Assembly: GCA_040754655.1 (NCBI GenBank) | Contig: JBFMCE010000010.1 | Coordinates: forward strand, 1-54,083 | Origin: Bdellovibrionota bacterium | GTDB lineage: Bacteria; Bdellovibrionota; UBA1018; UBA923 | Direction: 5' to 3' | Length of the DNA: 54,083 bases | Part shown: one piece after another, positions 7,839-16,443 of the stretch | Numbering within the stretch: the first letter of the stretch is position 1 | How the letters are laid out: every line of letters begins with the position of its first letter | Position numbers and translations under genes: made by a program | Notes under the pieces: model-generated | Databases searched by the model: none | Told to the model about the DNA's origin: nothing | What the model saw: the letters and a program-made list of their open reading frames with translations, nothing else

Positions 7839-10454
7839 TTAAGAACTTTCGCGCGAACCTTCGAGCAGTTCCAAGAGTTCTTGCCGCGAGAAGGCCTTTA
7901 GCCACACCGGCGACTCTTCGATGAGCGTACCGGAAAGCGCGATCTTCGATTGGATGATGTCAGCAATGCGGTCTTCGATCGTACCCTTGACCTGCAATTT
8001 GAAAACTTGCACCCCTCTGGTCTGGCCAATGCGATGCAATCTGTCGGTGGCTTGGTTTTCCTTCGCCGGATTCCACCAACGGTCAAAGTGGATGCACACG
8101 CTGGCTGAAGTGAGATCGATGCCCAATCCCCCCGCCAGCAAACTGCACAAGAAGACCTTGCACTCAGGGTTTTCAGAAAACTCTTTGAGCGGTTTAGATC
8201 GATCAAGCGTGTCACCGCGCAATTCCACGAAGCCCACCTCTTTTGTCTTGAGGTGATGCGCTAGCAAGTCAAGCATTCCCAAGTATTGGGTGAACACGAC
8301 AACCTTCAAATTCGATCCAAGGGCTTCGTTGAGCAATTCTTCAAAGACTTCCCACTTGCCTGTATCAAGAGGGTTCAACGATTGAATGCGTTTGATCTTC
8401 CCTGAAGTAAATTCCGGGAGCTTGGGATGGTCGCATACCTGCTTTAAGCGCGTGAGCAGGGCAAGAATGCTGGCATAGTCAACCTTGCCATTGCTCTTCA
8501 AGTCGTCGCGCAATTTATTGGCCTCGGCGCTGCTCAAATACGACTGATAGATTTTCTTTTGAGCCGCGCTCATCTCGCAAGTGATGACTTCTTCCGTCTT
8601 TTCAGGAAGTTCTTTAAGAACTTGAACCTTGGTTCTGCGCAGCAGGAATGGCGATACAAGTTTTTTGAGCCCTCTTGCCTGAACTTCGGATGGGATATCC
8701 CGTCCTGAGCCATAAAGCCTCTTGAATCGAGGAAGGGAGCCTAAATAACCTGGCAGCAAAAATTCCATGATCGACCACAAGTCGGTCGATTGATTCTCGA
8801 CTGGCGTTCCCGTCATCGCAATCTTGAAGGCGCTACGAAGAATCCGAGAGGCCCTAGAGCTGATCGTAGTCGAATTCTTAATGGCTTGGGCTTCATCAAG
8901 GATCACCACATGCCACTCTTGCTCGCGAAGCAAAGCTTCCTTCTGTAAAATCCCGTAGGTGGTCAAAACAAGATCCACGTTGTCGGCCTGGAAAACACGG
9001 CTCTTGCCGTGAAACACATACCATTTCAACCTCGTGTCATACTTATGAAGCTTTTGGCTCCAGGCCGCTACGACCGAAGTCGGGGCAATGACAAGCGAGG
9101 GTTTCTTGGGTTTGTTGCGAGCGCTGTAAAGGCTCGTCAAAAAAGCCAAGACTTGGTGGGTTTTTCCTAAGCCCATGTCATCGGCAAGAAGGGCCGCAAG
9201 CCTGCGGTGATAAAGCGACCACAACCAAGAAAGGCCATTGTGCTGGTAATCACGAAGATCAAAACCGTACTCGACCTTGGGAAGCAAGGGGATCTTGGCC
9301 CTTTCAAAATTTTTCCGCCAATCGTGGTACTCGCGCCAATCGGGATCTACCGTGAAATTCTCGACTCCAAGCTCAAGGCTCAGCCGGTAAGCCGCAAGGG
9401 GATGCAAAGGATGTTGTCCGTCATCATCCAGATAAGCATACCCATCAGGCGCAATGGCGTCTCCGCCCTGCTCGGTGCGAGCGATACCGCTGCGATTCGC
9501 ATAGCGCGCAAGCGCTGAAAGAGGCACTTCAAATCGATAGAGCTTCTTGCCCTTCCAAACGTAGTGGTTCGAGAGCCTGCCTTGGGTCGCAAGCTCGGCA
9601 AGCTCTGCAGAAGTCAGAACATCATTTTCGTTCTCAAAAACGTAGCTGAGCAGACGAAACTTTTCGGTCTTCCTTCCGACATTGAGAGAAACCAATTTCA
9701 AGGGAGACGAATCAAATTCAACTTCAAGCGAGGGATGGAAAACCATCTGGCCCCGAAACTCACTCTTGAGCAGCCGCGCCAAGTGCTCAAGGGTTTCAGG
9801 TCCGTCATAGTGAATTTTCTGTGCATCCACATTCTGTAAAATCGGTAGAATTTCGTGGGTGAGCTTGAGATAAACCCCTCGGTGAGTGTTTCGCCAAACC
9901 TTGGGTTCAGAGTGCCTGACCAGGCGAGTAAAAGACTCAACCTGGGGCTCATGGCTTTTTGGATCATTGAAACGCGCTGCAGCCTCGATTGAAATTCCGG
10001 TTAAAACTTTGTTTTGAAGCAAACCTCGCACCAAAAGAACGGGTTCCGCTCTAATGCTCAATACCTCTGGCTCAATAGGTTTGGCTTTCGCCTTTTCGCT
10101 AGAGCTATCTGAGTCGAGCTCTTCTTCAGCGACTCCATCTTCTCGTGATCCTATGCCAGAGCGCAGAAGGCTTCCGCGCTCGATGACCCAGATGCCTAAA
10201 GCCGCGACGTGAGGGCAATGTCCTTGATGTCCATTCTTGCGCTCTGGGCAATTGCATTGTGAGCTGAAGATCGTACCGCGCCCCATGACAAGGGCCGTTG
10301 TATAGGCCGCGCCGTCTTGCCCCTCGATCCTGGCAGCGACTTGATTTCCGCGCAGGCGCACATCACGCACCCGTTCTTCGCGGAAATAGACCTGTCCATG
10401 CTTCCAGTGGGTCTGGCTGAATACTCGTTTAATCTGGTTATAGAATAACATCAA
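7839..10454 (-). CDS. SWIM zinc finger-SNF2 family helicase
   Basis: SWIM CNC...CPH; LADDMGLGKT, ILDEAQAIKN, TGTPVEN, LRRTK, GLGIDLT and WWNPAKENQATDRLHRIGQ. Confidence 0.93.
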   Translation of the reverse strand: MMLFYNQIKRVFSQTHWKHGQVYFREERVRDVRLRGNQVAARIEGQDGAAYTTALVMGRGTIFSSQCNCPERKNGHQGHCPHVAALGIWVIERGSLLRSGIGSREDGVAEEELDSDSSSEKAKAKPIEPEVLSIRAEPVLLVRGLLQNKVLTGISIEAAARFNDPKSHEPQVESFTRLVRHSEPKVWRNTHRGVYLKLTHEILPILQNVDAQKIHYDGPETLEHLARLLKSEFRGQMVFHPSLEVEFDSSPLKLVSLNVGRKTEKFRLLSYVFENENDVLTSAELAELATQGRLSNHYVWKGKKLYRFEVPLSALARYANRSGIARTEQGGDAIAPDGYAYLDDDGQHPLHPLAAYRLSLELGVENFTVDPDWREYHDWRKNFERAKIPLLPKVEYGFDLRDYQHNGLSWLWSLYHRRLAALLADDMGLGKTHQVLAFLTSLYSARNKPKKPSLVIAPTSVVAAWSQKLHKYDTRLKWYVFHGKSRVFQADNVDLVLTTYGILQKEALLREQEWHVVILDEAQAIKNSTTISSRASRILRSAFKIAMTGTPVENQSTDLWSIMEFLLPGYLGSLPRFKRLYGSGRDIPSEVQARGLKKLVSPFLLRRTKVQVLKELPEKTEEVITCEMSAAQKKIYQSYLSSAEANKLRDDLKSNGKVDYASILALLTRLKQVCDHPKLPEFTSGKIKRIQSLNPLDTGKWEVFEELLNEALGSNLKVVVFTQYLGMLDLLAHHLKTKEVGFVELRGDTLDRSKPLKEFSENPECKVFLCSLLAGGLGIDLTSASVCIHFDRWWNPAKENQATDRLHRIGQTRGVQVFKLQVKGTIEDRIADIIQSKIALSGTLIEESPVWLKAFSRQELLELLEGSRESS

Positions 10455-10578
10455 GGCGAGGCATCATACCAGAAACGAGACGTTCATGCTATGATGGCTT
10501 TGAATTTACACCTGTTTTTTTTAACCCTGCTTCATTAAGCAGGCAGGGCTAAGCGTGGGGTCTTTGGGGGGCTTATCC

Positions 10579-11985
10579 ATGTATGATTTTGCCATCGTTG
10601 GCTCGGGTGTTTCGGGCGGCCGCGTCGCCTATGAGCTCACAAAAGGAGGGGCGAAATGCCTCTTGCTTGAAGCCGGCCGTGAGTTCGGGAAAAACACATT
10701 CCCTAAGAACGAGATGGACTACTCGACCCAACTCTTTTGGGGAGGTGGACTTGAAGTCACCACGGGTGGGAATATTGGTCTTTTGAGAGCCAAATGCCTT
10801 GGTGGCACGTCGATCGTCAATCAAGCGCTGCTAGACCGCTTCGACGATCTTGCGTGGAGCGATTGGAGAGCCGCTAGCCACATTGCATTTTTCAACGCCA
10901 ACACGATGGCCGACCACTATGATGCTTCAGCTAAAAAATTGAAAATTGGCTCTATTCCGGTGGAATATTACAATAAAAACGCAATGGTCTTCACCAGGGC
11001 CTGCAATAAGTTGGGCTATAACTGGAGCCCCTTGCAGCGTGCCCAAGCCGACTGCCGGCTGGATCAAGGCTCTGACTGCATCGTTTGCCTCGGAGGATGT
11101 CCGCGCGATTCAAAACAGAGCTCGCTGGTCACAACGATTCGATGGGCCAGGGAAGCAGGCCTTGAAGTGCGCTCAGAGTTTGAGGTCGTGAGCATCTCGC
11201 CTTCTGAATCCGAAGTACGCGTTCAAGGCTACCAAGGTGGGGACCAAACCGAAGTTATTGCGCGCCAAGTAGTTCTCGCCGCAGGCGCCCTTGGAAATAC
11301 CGGCATTCTTCTGAGATCTGGCCTAAAATCACGCTTGCCTGCGCTGGGAAAACGTTTTGCCTGTCATCCGCAATACATGAGCTACGCGGTTTTCGATGAG
11401 CCCATTGATGCCCACAAAGGCGCGTTTCAATCCGTGAAATCAGACGACAAGAAGATGCGCGCTCAAGGCTTCAAACTTGAAAACGTCTTTGCGCCGCCCA
11501 TCGGAACGGCCATGCTGATGCCCGGTTTTGGGCAAAAGCATATGAAGTTGATGAAAAAATACCGCTACCTCGCTTCGATGGAGGTCGCCATCCGCGATGA
11601 TGCCTCAGGGGTGATCACACTGGGGTCTAACGGGAAACTAAAGGTGCAAAAACCCTTAACCGCAAGTGACCGCGAAAAGACCGAGCGAGGGCTTGCGACG
11701 GTGCGCGAACTTTTCGCGGCTGCAGGCGCAAAAGAAGTGATCTCTTGCACACAAGCCTTTGGACTTCATTTGATGGGAGGTTGCTCTATCGGCGTCGACG
11801 GAGCGCACTCGGTGGTGGACCCGGAATTCCGGGTGCATGGGTACAAGAACATCTTCATCGCTGATTCGAGCATCTTTCCCGGCGCACCGGGGATCAATCC
11901 CTCGTTCACCATCATGGCGTTGAGCCACAGAGCAAGCCAAGAGATGCTGCAATCGAAGAGCCGCAGTTTAGGGGTGGCGCCATGA
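10579..11985 (+). CDS. GMC family oxidoreductase
   Basis: VGSGVSGG FAD motif, LGGTSIVN, CxxCxxGC, HLMGGC and GINPSFTI. Confidence 0.9.
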   Translation: MYDFAIVGSGVSGGRVAYELTKGGAKCLLLEAGREFGKNTFPKNEMDYSTQLFWGGGLEVTTGGNIGLLRAKCLGGTSIVNQALLDRFDDLAWSDWRAASHIAFFNANTMADHYDASAKKLKIGSIPVEYYNKNAMVFTRACNKLGYNWSPLQRAQADCRLDQGSDCIVCLGGCPRDSKQSSLVTTIRWAREAGLEVRSEFEVVSISPSESEVRVQGYQGGDQTEVIARQVVLAAGALGNTGILLRSGLKSRLPALGKRFACHPQYMSYAVFDEPIDAHKGAFQSVKSDDKKMRAQGFKLENVFAPPIGTAMLMPGFGQKHMKLMKKYRYLASMEVAIRDDASGVITLGSNGKLKVQKPLTASDREKTERGLATVRELFAAAGAKEVISCTQAFGLHLMGGCSIGVDGAHSVVDPEFRVHGYKNIFIADSSIFPGAPGINPSFTIMALSHRASQEMLQSKSRSLGVAP

Positions 11986-12371
11986 CACCATCAAAACATT
12001 TGAGCGAGAACCACCTTCGAGGCCTTGAAAAACTAGGCGATGCATTGGTGCCTGGCGATAAAGAACTGCCGTCTTTTTCAAAACTCAAGTGCGTGGGTGA
12101 AGCCGATCGCATTCTAGACCATATGCCGGCGTCTGATCTGAAAGACTTAAAGTTTTTGCTCTCTCTTTTGGCGGTTTTTCCGCAGTTTCTCGTGCTGGTC
12201 TTCATTTGGGTTTTAGAGCTAGGCTCGAAAATCCCAGGGCCCCTTGGCGCCCAGCTTCGTTTCATCCGCATCGGCGTGCGAGGTCTTGTGATGAGCCTGT
12301 ATTACTCAGACCCACGGGTGCACAGCATCTTGGGGTATTCGGTGAGCATTTACACCAAGGATCTTTCGTAG
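11982..12371 (+). CDS. Small GMC-associated protein (gluconate dehydrogenase subunit 3-like)
   Basis: ATGA overlap with the GMC gene; DALVPG and 'GLVMSLYYSD...LGY' pattern. Confidence 0.55.
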   Translation: MTPSKHLSENHLRGLEKLGDALVPGDKELPSFSKLKCVGEADRILDHMPASDLKDLKFLLSLLAVFPQFLVLVFIWVLELGSKIPGPLGAQLRFIRIGVRGLVMSLYYSDPRVHSILGYSVSIYTKDLS

Positions 12372-12453
12372 CTGTCGCGAGCACCAAACGTAGCATCAGA
12401 AGGCGTATTTATAAATATTTTATATTTGCGTGCGATAGCCCCCCCCATGTTAG

Positions 12454-13446
12454 TTGGGCATAATGTTTACAAGCATTTTTTTCATTCCAGCGCACCGCCC
12501 TCTATTTATTATATTTGCAGCCAGTATTTTGTGCACGAACATTGGTCTTGCACCCCATGCTTGGTCTCAGACAGATGAGAAAAGCCTCATCTCAAATTCA
12601 AATGGAATTCAAACGTTTGCAGGTGAGGTTAAACAGGCCTTCGATGCACTTGAACAAGAGGCTCGACAACTCAAAGACATAGAATCCTTGCCTAATGAAA
12701 TTTCGTATGAAGGCCTCTTGCTTCGCGAAAAGCTTCTCGGTGAGAAGCTCGGCCATCAACTCATAGCCTTAAGCCGACTTGAATCGGCAATGAATGATGC
12801 AAAGCTTGACATCGAAAACGACAGCCAAAAACAACTTGAGGATTTAAAGGAATTTGAAAAGTTGGCTTCCGAAATTCGGGGTACGATCAACCTGGCTTTG
12901 ATCCTCGCTAATAGAGCGAATGCGATACGCAGTTCAAAATCCACTGTCAAGTATTTCAAGTTCAATTCGGCTTTCCTAGACCTTCCCCTTTCGTTAGGGA
13001 TGGCACTACTTTCCTTTTGGGCCTTAAACGAATACGATGGGGGTAAGCACTACTGGAGAGGCGGTACAAGGTTTTTCTTTGGATCCTTATCGGCGGTTTC
13101 GGGAGTAGGTACCGTGATTACTGCGATAAAGTCGTACCTGGGTATCAAGGGCCAGGCTCCTCCCATGCAGATAAAACAACCCCAGTTGATTGCGAAAACA
13201 AAAGATCTTCTCGGAAGCCTCTTCATGAGTCCCGCGATGAAGGCTTTTTTTGAACCTTTCTTGCTAACCATTAAAGACGATCGAAGAAGCGTACCCAGCT
13301 TACCCTGGCTGAATAGAAATCGAGAAAAGTGGTTAATCGAGGTCCAACAGGTTGTCCGCCAGAAGCTTGAATGCCAGCGTTTGCTCAATCCGTCGACCAC
13401 TCCTCCTAAAGGTAGCTCTGGAACTGGCTCTGGCGAGGGTGTCTAA
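12454..13446 (+). CDS. Hypothetical secreted coiled-coil protein with internal hydrophobic segments
   Basis: Long ORF with signal-peptide-like start; no family recognised. Confidence 0.6.
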   Translation: MGIMFTSIFFIPAHRPLFIIFAASILCTNIGLAPHAWSQTDEKSLISNSNGIQTFAGEVKQAFDALEQEARQLKDIESLPNEISYEGLLLREKLLGEKLGHQLIALSRLESAMNDAKLDIENDSQKQLEDLKEFEKLASEIRGTINLALILANRANAIRSSKSTVKYFKFNSAFLDLPLSLGMALLSFWALNEYDGGKHYWRGGTRFFFGSLSAVSGVGTVITAIKSYLGIKGQAPPMQIKQPQLIAKTKDLLGSLFMSPAMKAFFEPFLLTIKDDRRSVPSLPWLNRNREKWLIEVQQVVRQKLECQRLLNPSTTPPKGSSGTGSGEGV

Positions 13447-13540
13447 AAACAGATTTAAATGTGTTGACCGCGCCGCGCCCTGCCTCAATTGCTGAAGACC
13501 AAAGGGCTATAAAAGGCTAAATACGCTTTTTATTGATACT

Positions 13541-14746
13541 TCAAAAAAAACACAGACCCAAGCCGCGATAAGTTTTTGCGCGGCTGACAATCTTGCCCTG
13601 AGAGACGAGAAGATACTCATTGAACCGTTCGGCAAGCTCACCTGCCTTGGCGTGGCGAAAAAGCACGGGTGATCCGAGCATAAGATCGTTGACGTTGCCG
13701 CTAAGCGGAGTTTGCACCTCACCCGCACCTTCCATACGCACAAGTTTCAACTCTTCCGGAAGATAAGGCACTGGCACCCTATCCCACCCGGGCTCGCCTG
13801 AAGCGATATAACCCCCGCCTTGGCAAGTCACATGGTTTGCAGACGGTTTTCGAACCACCTGCAACGCAAAAAAACACGCAGGCTCGAACTGGATATTCGA
13901 ATAATAATCAAACAGGTGCGAGCACAAAAGGCCGCTCCCCGCTGAAAGTTCCGTCAGAGAGTTCTCACGCGCCGCCAAATTGAGCGAGCCCGTGCCACCA
14001 CCATTGAAGAACTCAAGCGCAAGGCTACGAGCCTTAAACGCTTGCACAACTGCCTGTCGCTGTGGCGCTACTAAGATCTGTGAAAGTTTGCGAATGAGTT
14101 TAGCCGCCGGATTGATGAGTTTCTTGAAAGGATTCTTATCGCCCAGTCCAGCAATTTGCGCATCATAAGCCATGGCGCCTCGCACCCGAAGCTGCGGGTA
14201 TTTTTGTGCGTGATCAAGAAATTCTTCAAGCTCACGCCTTGAGTGAATCGGGCTTCTTCTCACTCCAAGATGAACAAGCCCGCCCAATAGTCGCAATGAA
14301 ACATCAATATCTACCACCACCGAGAAAGGTTGTTTCACCGTTTGCATTTCACCAGACAAGGCCTCAAGGCCCTGCACCGAATCAACCGCAATAGATATTT
14401 TCTTTCCTTGCTCGTGCAGATCCCGAAGAATCTTCAAGTCGCTTTTTCGAACGCTCGGGTAGGCGATGAACAGGTCATCAAGACCACGTTCAGCCCAAAA
14501 TGCGGCCTCTTCGATCGAATAACACATCAAACCCTGAAACACGGGACCATAGTTTAAAACCCTTTGAATGAGTTCAGGCACTCTGACCGACTTTGTTGCA
14601 AGTCTTAACGTCTTTCCGTAAGAATGCACAAGCGAGGCCATTTTAGCGACGTTGCGATCAAAGGCATCGAGGTCAACGACCACTGCCGGAAGGCGTTCGT
14701 TGGCAAGAATCGCGTTCCACTGCGAGTATGAAATTTTTGAGCTCAT
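13541..14746 (-). CDS. PLP-dependent alanine racemase-fold enzyme (D-amino acid deaminase/aldolase, DSD1-like)
   Basis: VVDLDAFDRN, RLATKSVRV (PLP Lys), NGGGTGS, ELSAGSG, EGAGEVQTP and FRHAKAGEL. Confidence 0.85.
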   Translation of the reverse strand: MSSKISYSQWNAILANERLPAVVVDLDAFDRNVAKMASLVHSYGKTLRLATKSVRVPELIQRVLNYGPVFQGLMCYSIEEAAFWAERGLDDLFIAYPSVRKSDLKILRDLHEQGKKISIAVDSVQGLEALSGEMQTVKQPFSVVVDIDVSLRLLGGLVHLGVRRSPIHSRRELEEFLDHAQKYPQLRVRGAMAYDAQIAGLGDKNPFKKLINPAAKLIRKLSQILVAPQRQAVVQAFKARSLALEFFNGGGTGSLNLAARENSLTELSAGSGLLCSHLFDYYSNIQFEPACFFALQVVRKPSANHVTCQGGGYIASGEPGWDRVPVPYLPEELKLVRMEGAGEVQTPLSGNVNDLMLGSPVLFRHAKAGELAERFNEYLLVSQGKIVSRAKTYRGLGLCFF

Positions 14747-14770
14747 TGGGATCAAGTCTATCGCAAGGCC

Positions 14771-16165
14771 TTAAAGAGAGCTAGCGCGCTGAGCTTCCTC
14801 GCGGCGTTTCCAAATTTGCTGAGCCCCATCGTAAGCATAGCCTTGTTCGATCAAGTATTCGACAAGCCTGCGAAACTGAGGCCGCATCGAACTCACCGAA
14901 AGCTCTTCGAAGTACCTCACATACGGAACTGCTTCCGCTTGCGACGACTGAGGCAAGTCACTCGAGACAGAGATTTCTTCGGTGATCACTTCAGATGGGT
15001 CTTGTTGGCTGATTTGCAACTGCTCTTTCTTGAGCTGTGCCAGAGTGCGCAGGGCTGCGATCACACGCTTGTAAGACGCAGATTGTTTTAGAGAAGCGTC
15101 AGATTGGGCGACAACCGCCGCCTCCGATTTGATCCAATAACCTCGCCCTTCGTGCCAGGCGTTTGGAGCATATCCAAGCCCGCGCAAGAGCTCTACCGCA
15201 GCAAGTCTTCCGTTCGTCTCGCTAAACGACAAGCCCGCGAGCCTTGCTTTTTCCGCCTCTGAGAGCTGAGACCTTACCCAGCCATCGATCAATTTCGTAA
15301 AGTCGGGCACCCCGAGTTTTTGCAGTTTCGCAAATGCTGAAGCCGAAAACCCCTCTGCATAAATCGTGTTCAGCGCTTCGGATTCTTCCCCCTTTGATGC
15401 GCTTGCAATCCAGTAGTCGGTGGCTGGCCTGCAATTAGAGCATTTCTCGTTTCTTTGTTCAGGCGAAAAAACAGCCTTCCTGGTGATACGTACTCCCAAG
15501 CCGCCTTCAAGATTAAAAATCTCAACCCATGCATCGGGCAGCCAAATGTTTAATTTGTAGACTTGCCACCTCTTGATGGCCGCTCCTAAAGTATTTTTTC
15601 CGAGCATTTCGAGCACAAGCTGCGCACTCGGCCCTCCCATGGCCAAATATCGGTTGGAGGAAGTGGCAAAACGGTATTTCCGCGATGCATTTGAAATGCG
15701 GAGAGGCTTGGAAAAATCACGCGCGGGAATACCCTCTAAAACATAGGTTCCTATTCCGTTTAAAAAGCTATGGACTGCCTTCTCTTGACCAGGATCGAGG
15801 CGCTCTAGGCGAGTAGTCTTCGGATTTAACCAAGGCCCCACTTTCGCAAGGTAATTGTCGAAATACCTCATGGACTCGCTATATTCTTCAGAAGTCAGGC
15901 GTAAGCGGATCTGTTGAGGCAATTCATAAAGCATCAAGGCCTCTTTCGAAAGTCCAGGCTCTGCCTGCACAACCGCAAGCGCTTCAATTGCCTTGAGGGC
16001 TTGTTCTTTAGCGGTCGTAGAATCTTCTCGAAAGTTGACCAGTTGCCACTCACAGTGGAATACCCCTGGTAAAAAGCCTGGCTGCCAAGCCGACCATGCT
16101 TCTAGAGGGAACGCAGTCAAGGTACCAAGTCCCAAAGCAATAATCAGGGTAAAGCGCTTTTTCAT
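14771..16165 (-). CDS. Hypothetical secreted protein
   Basis: 464-aa ORF with signal peptide MKKRFTLIIALGLG... Confidence 0.65.
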   Translation of the reverse strand: MKKRFTLIIALGLGTLTAFPLEAWSAWQPGFLPGVFHCEWQLVNFREDSTTAKEQALKAIEALAVVQAEPGLSKEALMLYELPQQIRLRLTSEEYSESMRYFDNYLAKVGPWLNPKTTRLERLDPGQEKAVHSFLNGIGTYVLEGIPARDFSKPLRISNASRKYRFATSSNRYLAMGGPSAQLVLEMLGKNTLGAAIKRWQVYKLNIWLPDAWVEIFNLEGGLGVRITRKAVFSPEQRNEKCSNCRPATDYWIASASKGEESEALNTIYAEGFSASAFAKLQKLGVPDFTKLIDGWVRSQLSEAEKARLAGLSFSETNGRLAAVELLRGLGYAPNAWHEGRGYWIKSEAAVVAQSDASLKQSASYKRVIAALRTLAQLKKEQLQISQQDPSEVITEEISVSSDLPQSSQAEAVPYVRYFEELSVSSMRPQFRRLVEYLIEQGYAYDGAQQIWKRREEAQRASSL

Positions 16166-16361
16166 CGGATTCTCATCAAGAGCACGTTGGTAATTGGGCC
16201 TTCTTCATAACTGGCGTCGGGTTCAATTCGCAACATGCTCTAAGTTAAAGATTAAAGATGCACCGTGTCTACACTACTCTTTTTTAAAAATCATCTTGGA
16301 AGAGCCGCACCAACATTGCTTTGACAATTGAATCTATTTGGAATGCAGGGGAAGGAACCGC

Positions 16362-16403
16362 AAAAAACAAAGGCGCAAGCGAGCAACTCGCCTGCGCCTT
16401 TGT
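16362..16403 (-). terminator. Rho-independent terminator of hppA
   Basis: Stem ACAAAGGCGCAGGCGAG / CTCGCTTGCGCCTTTGT followed by a T-run on the minus strand. Confidence 0.8.
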
Positions 16404-16443
16404 CTTCTATTTTTAGCGCTCAATAAGAACGCTTTAAACCGCC

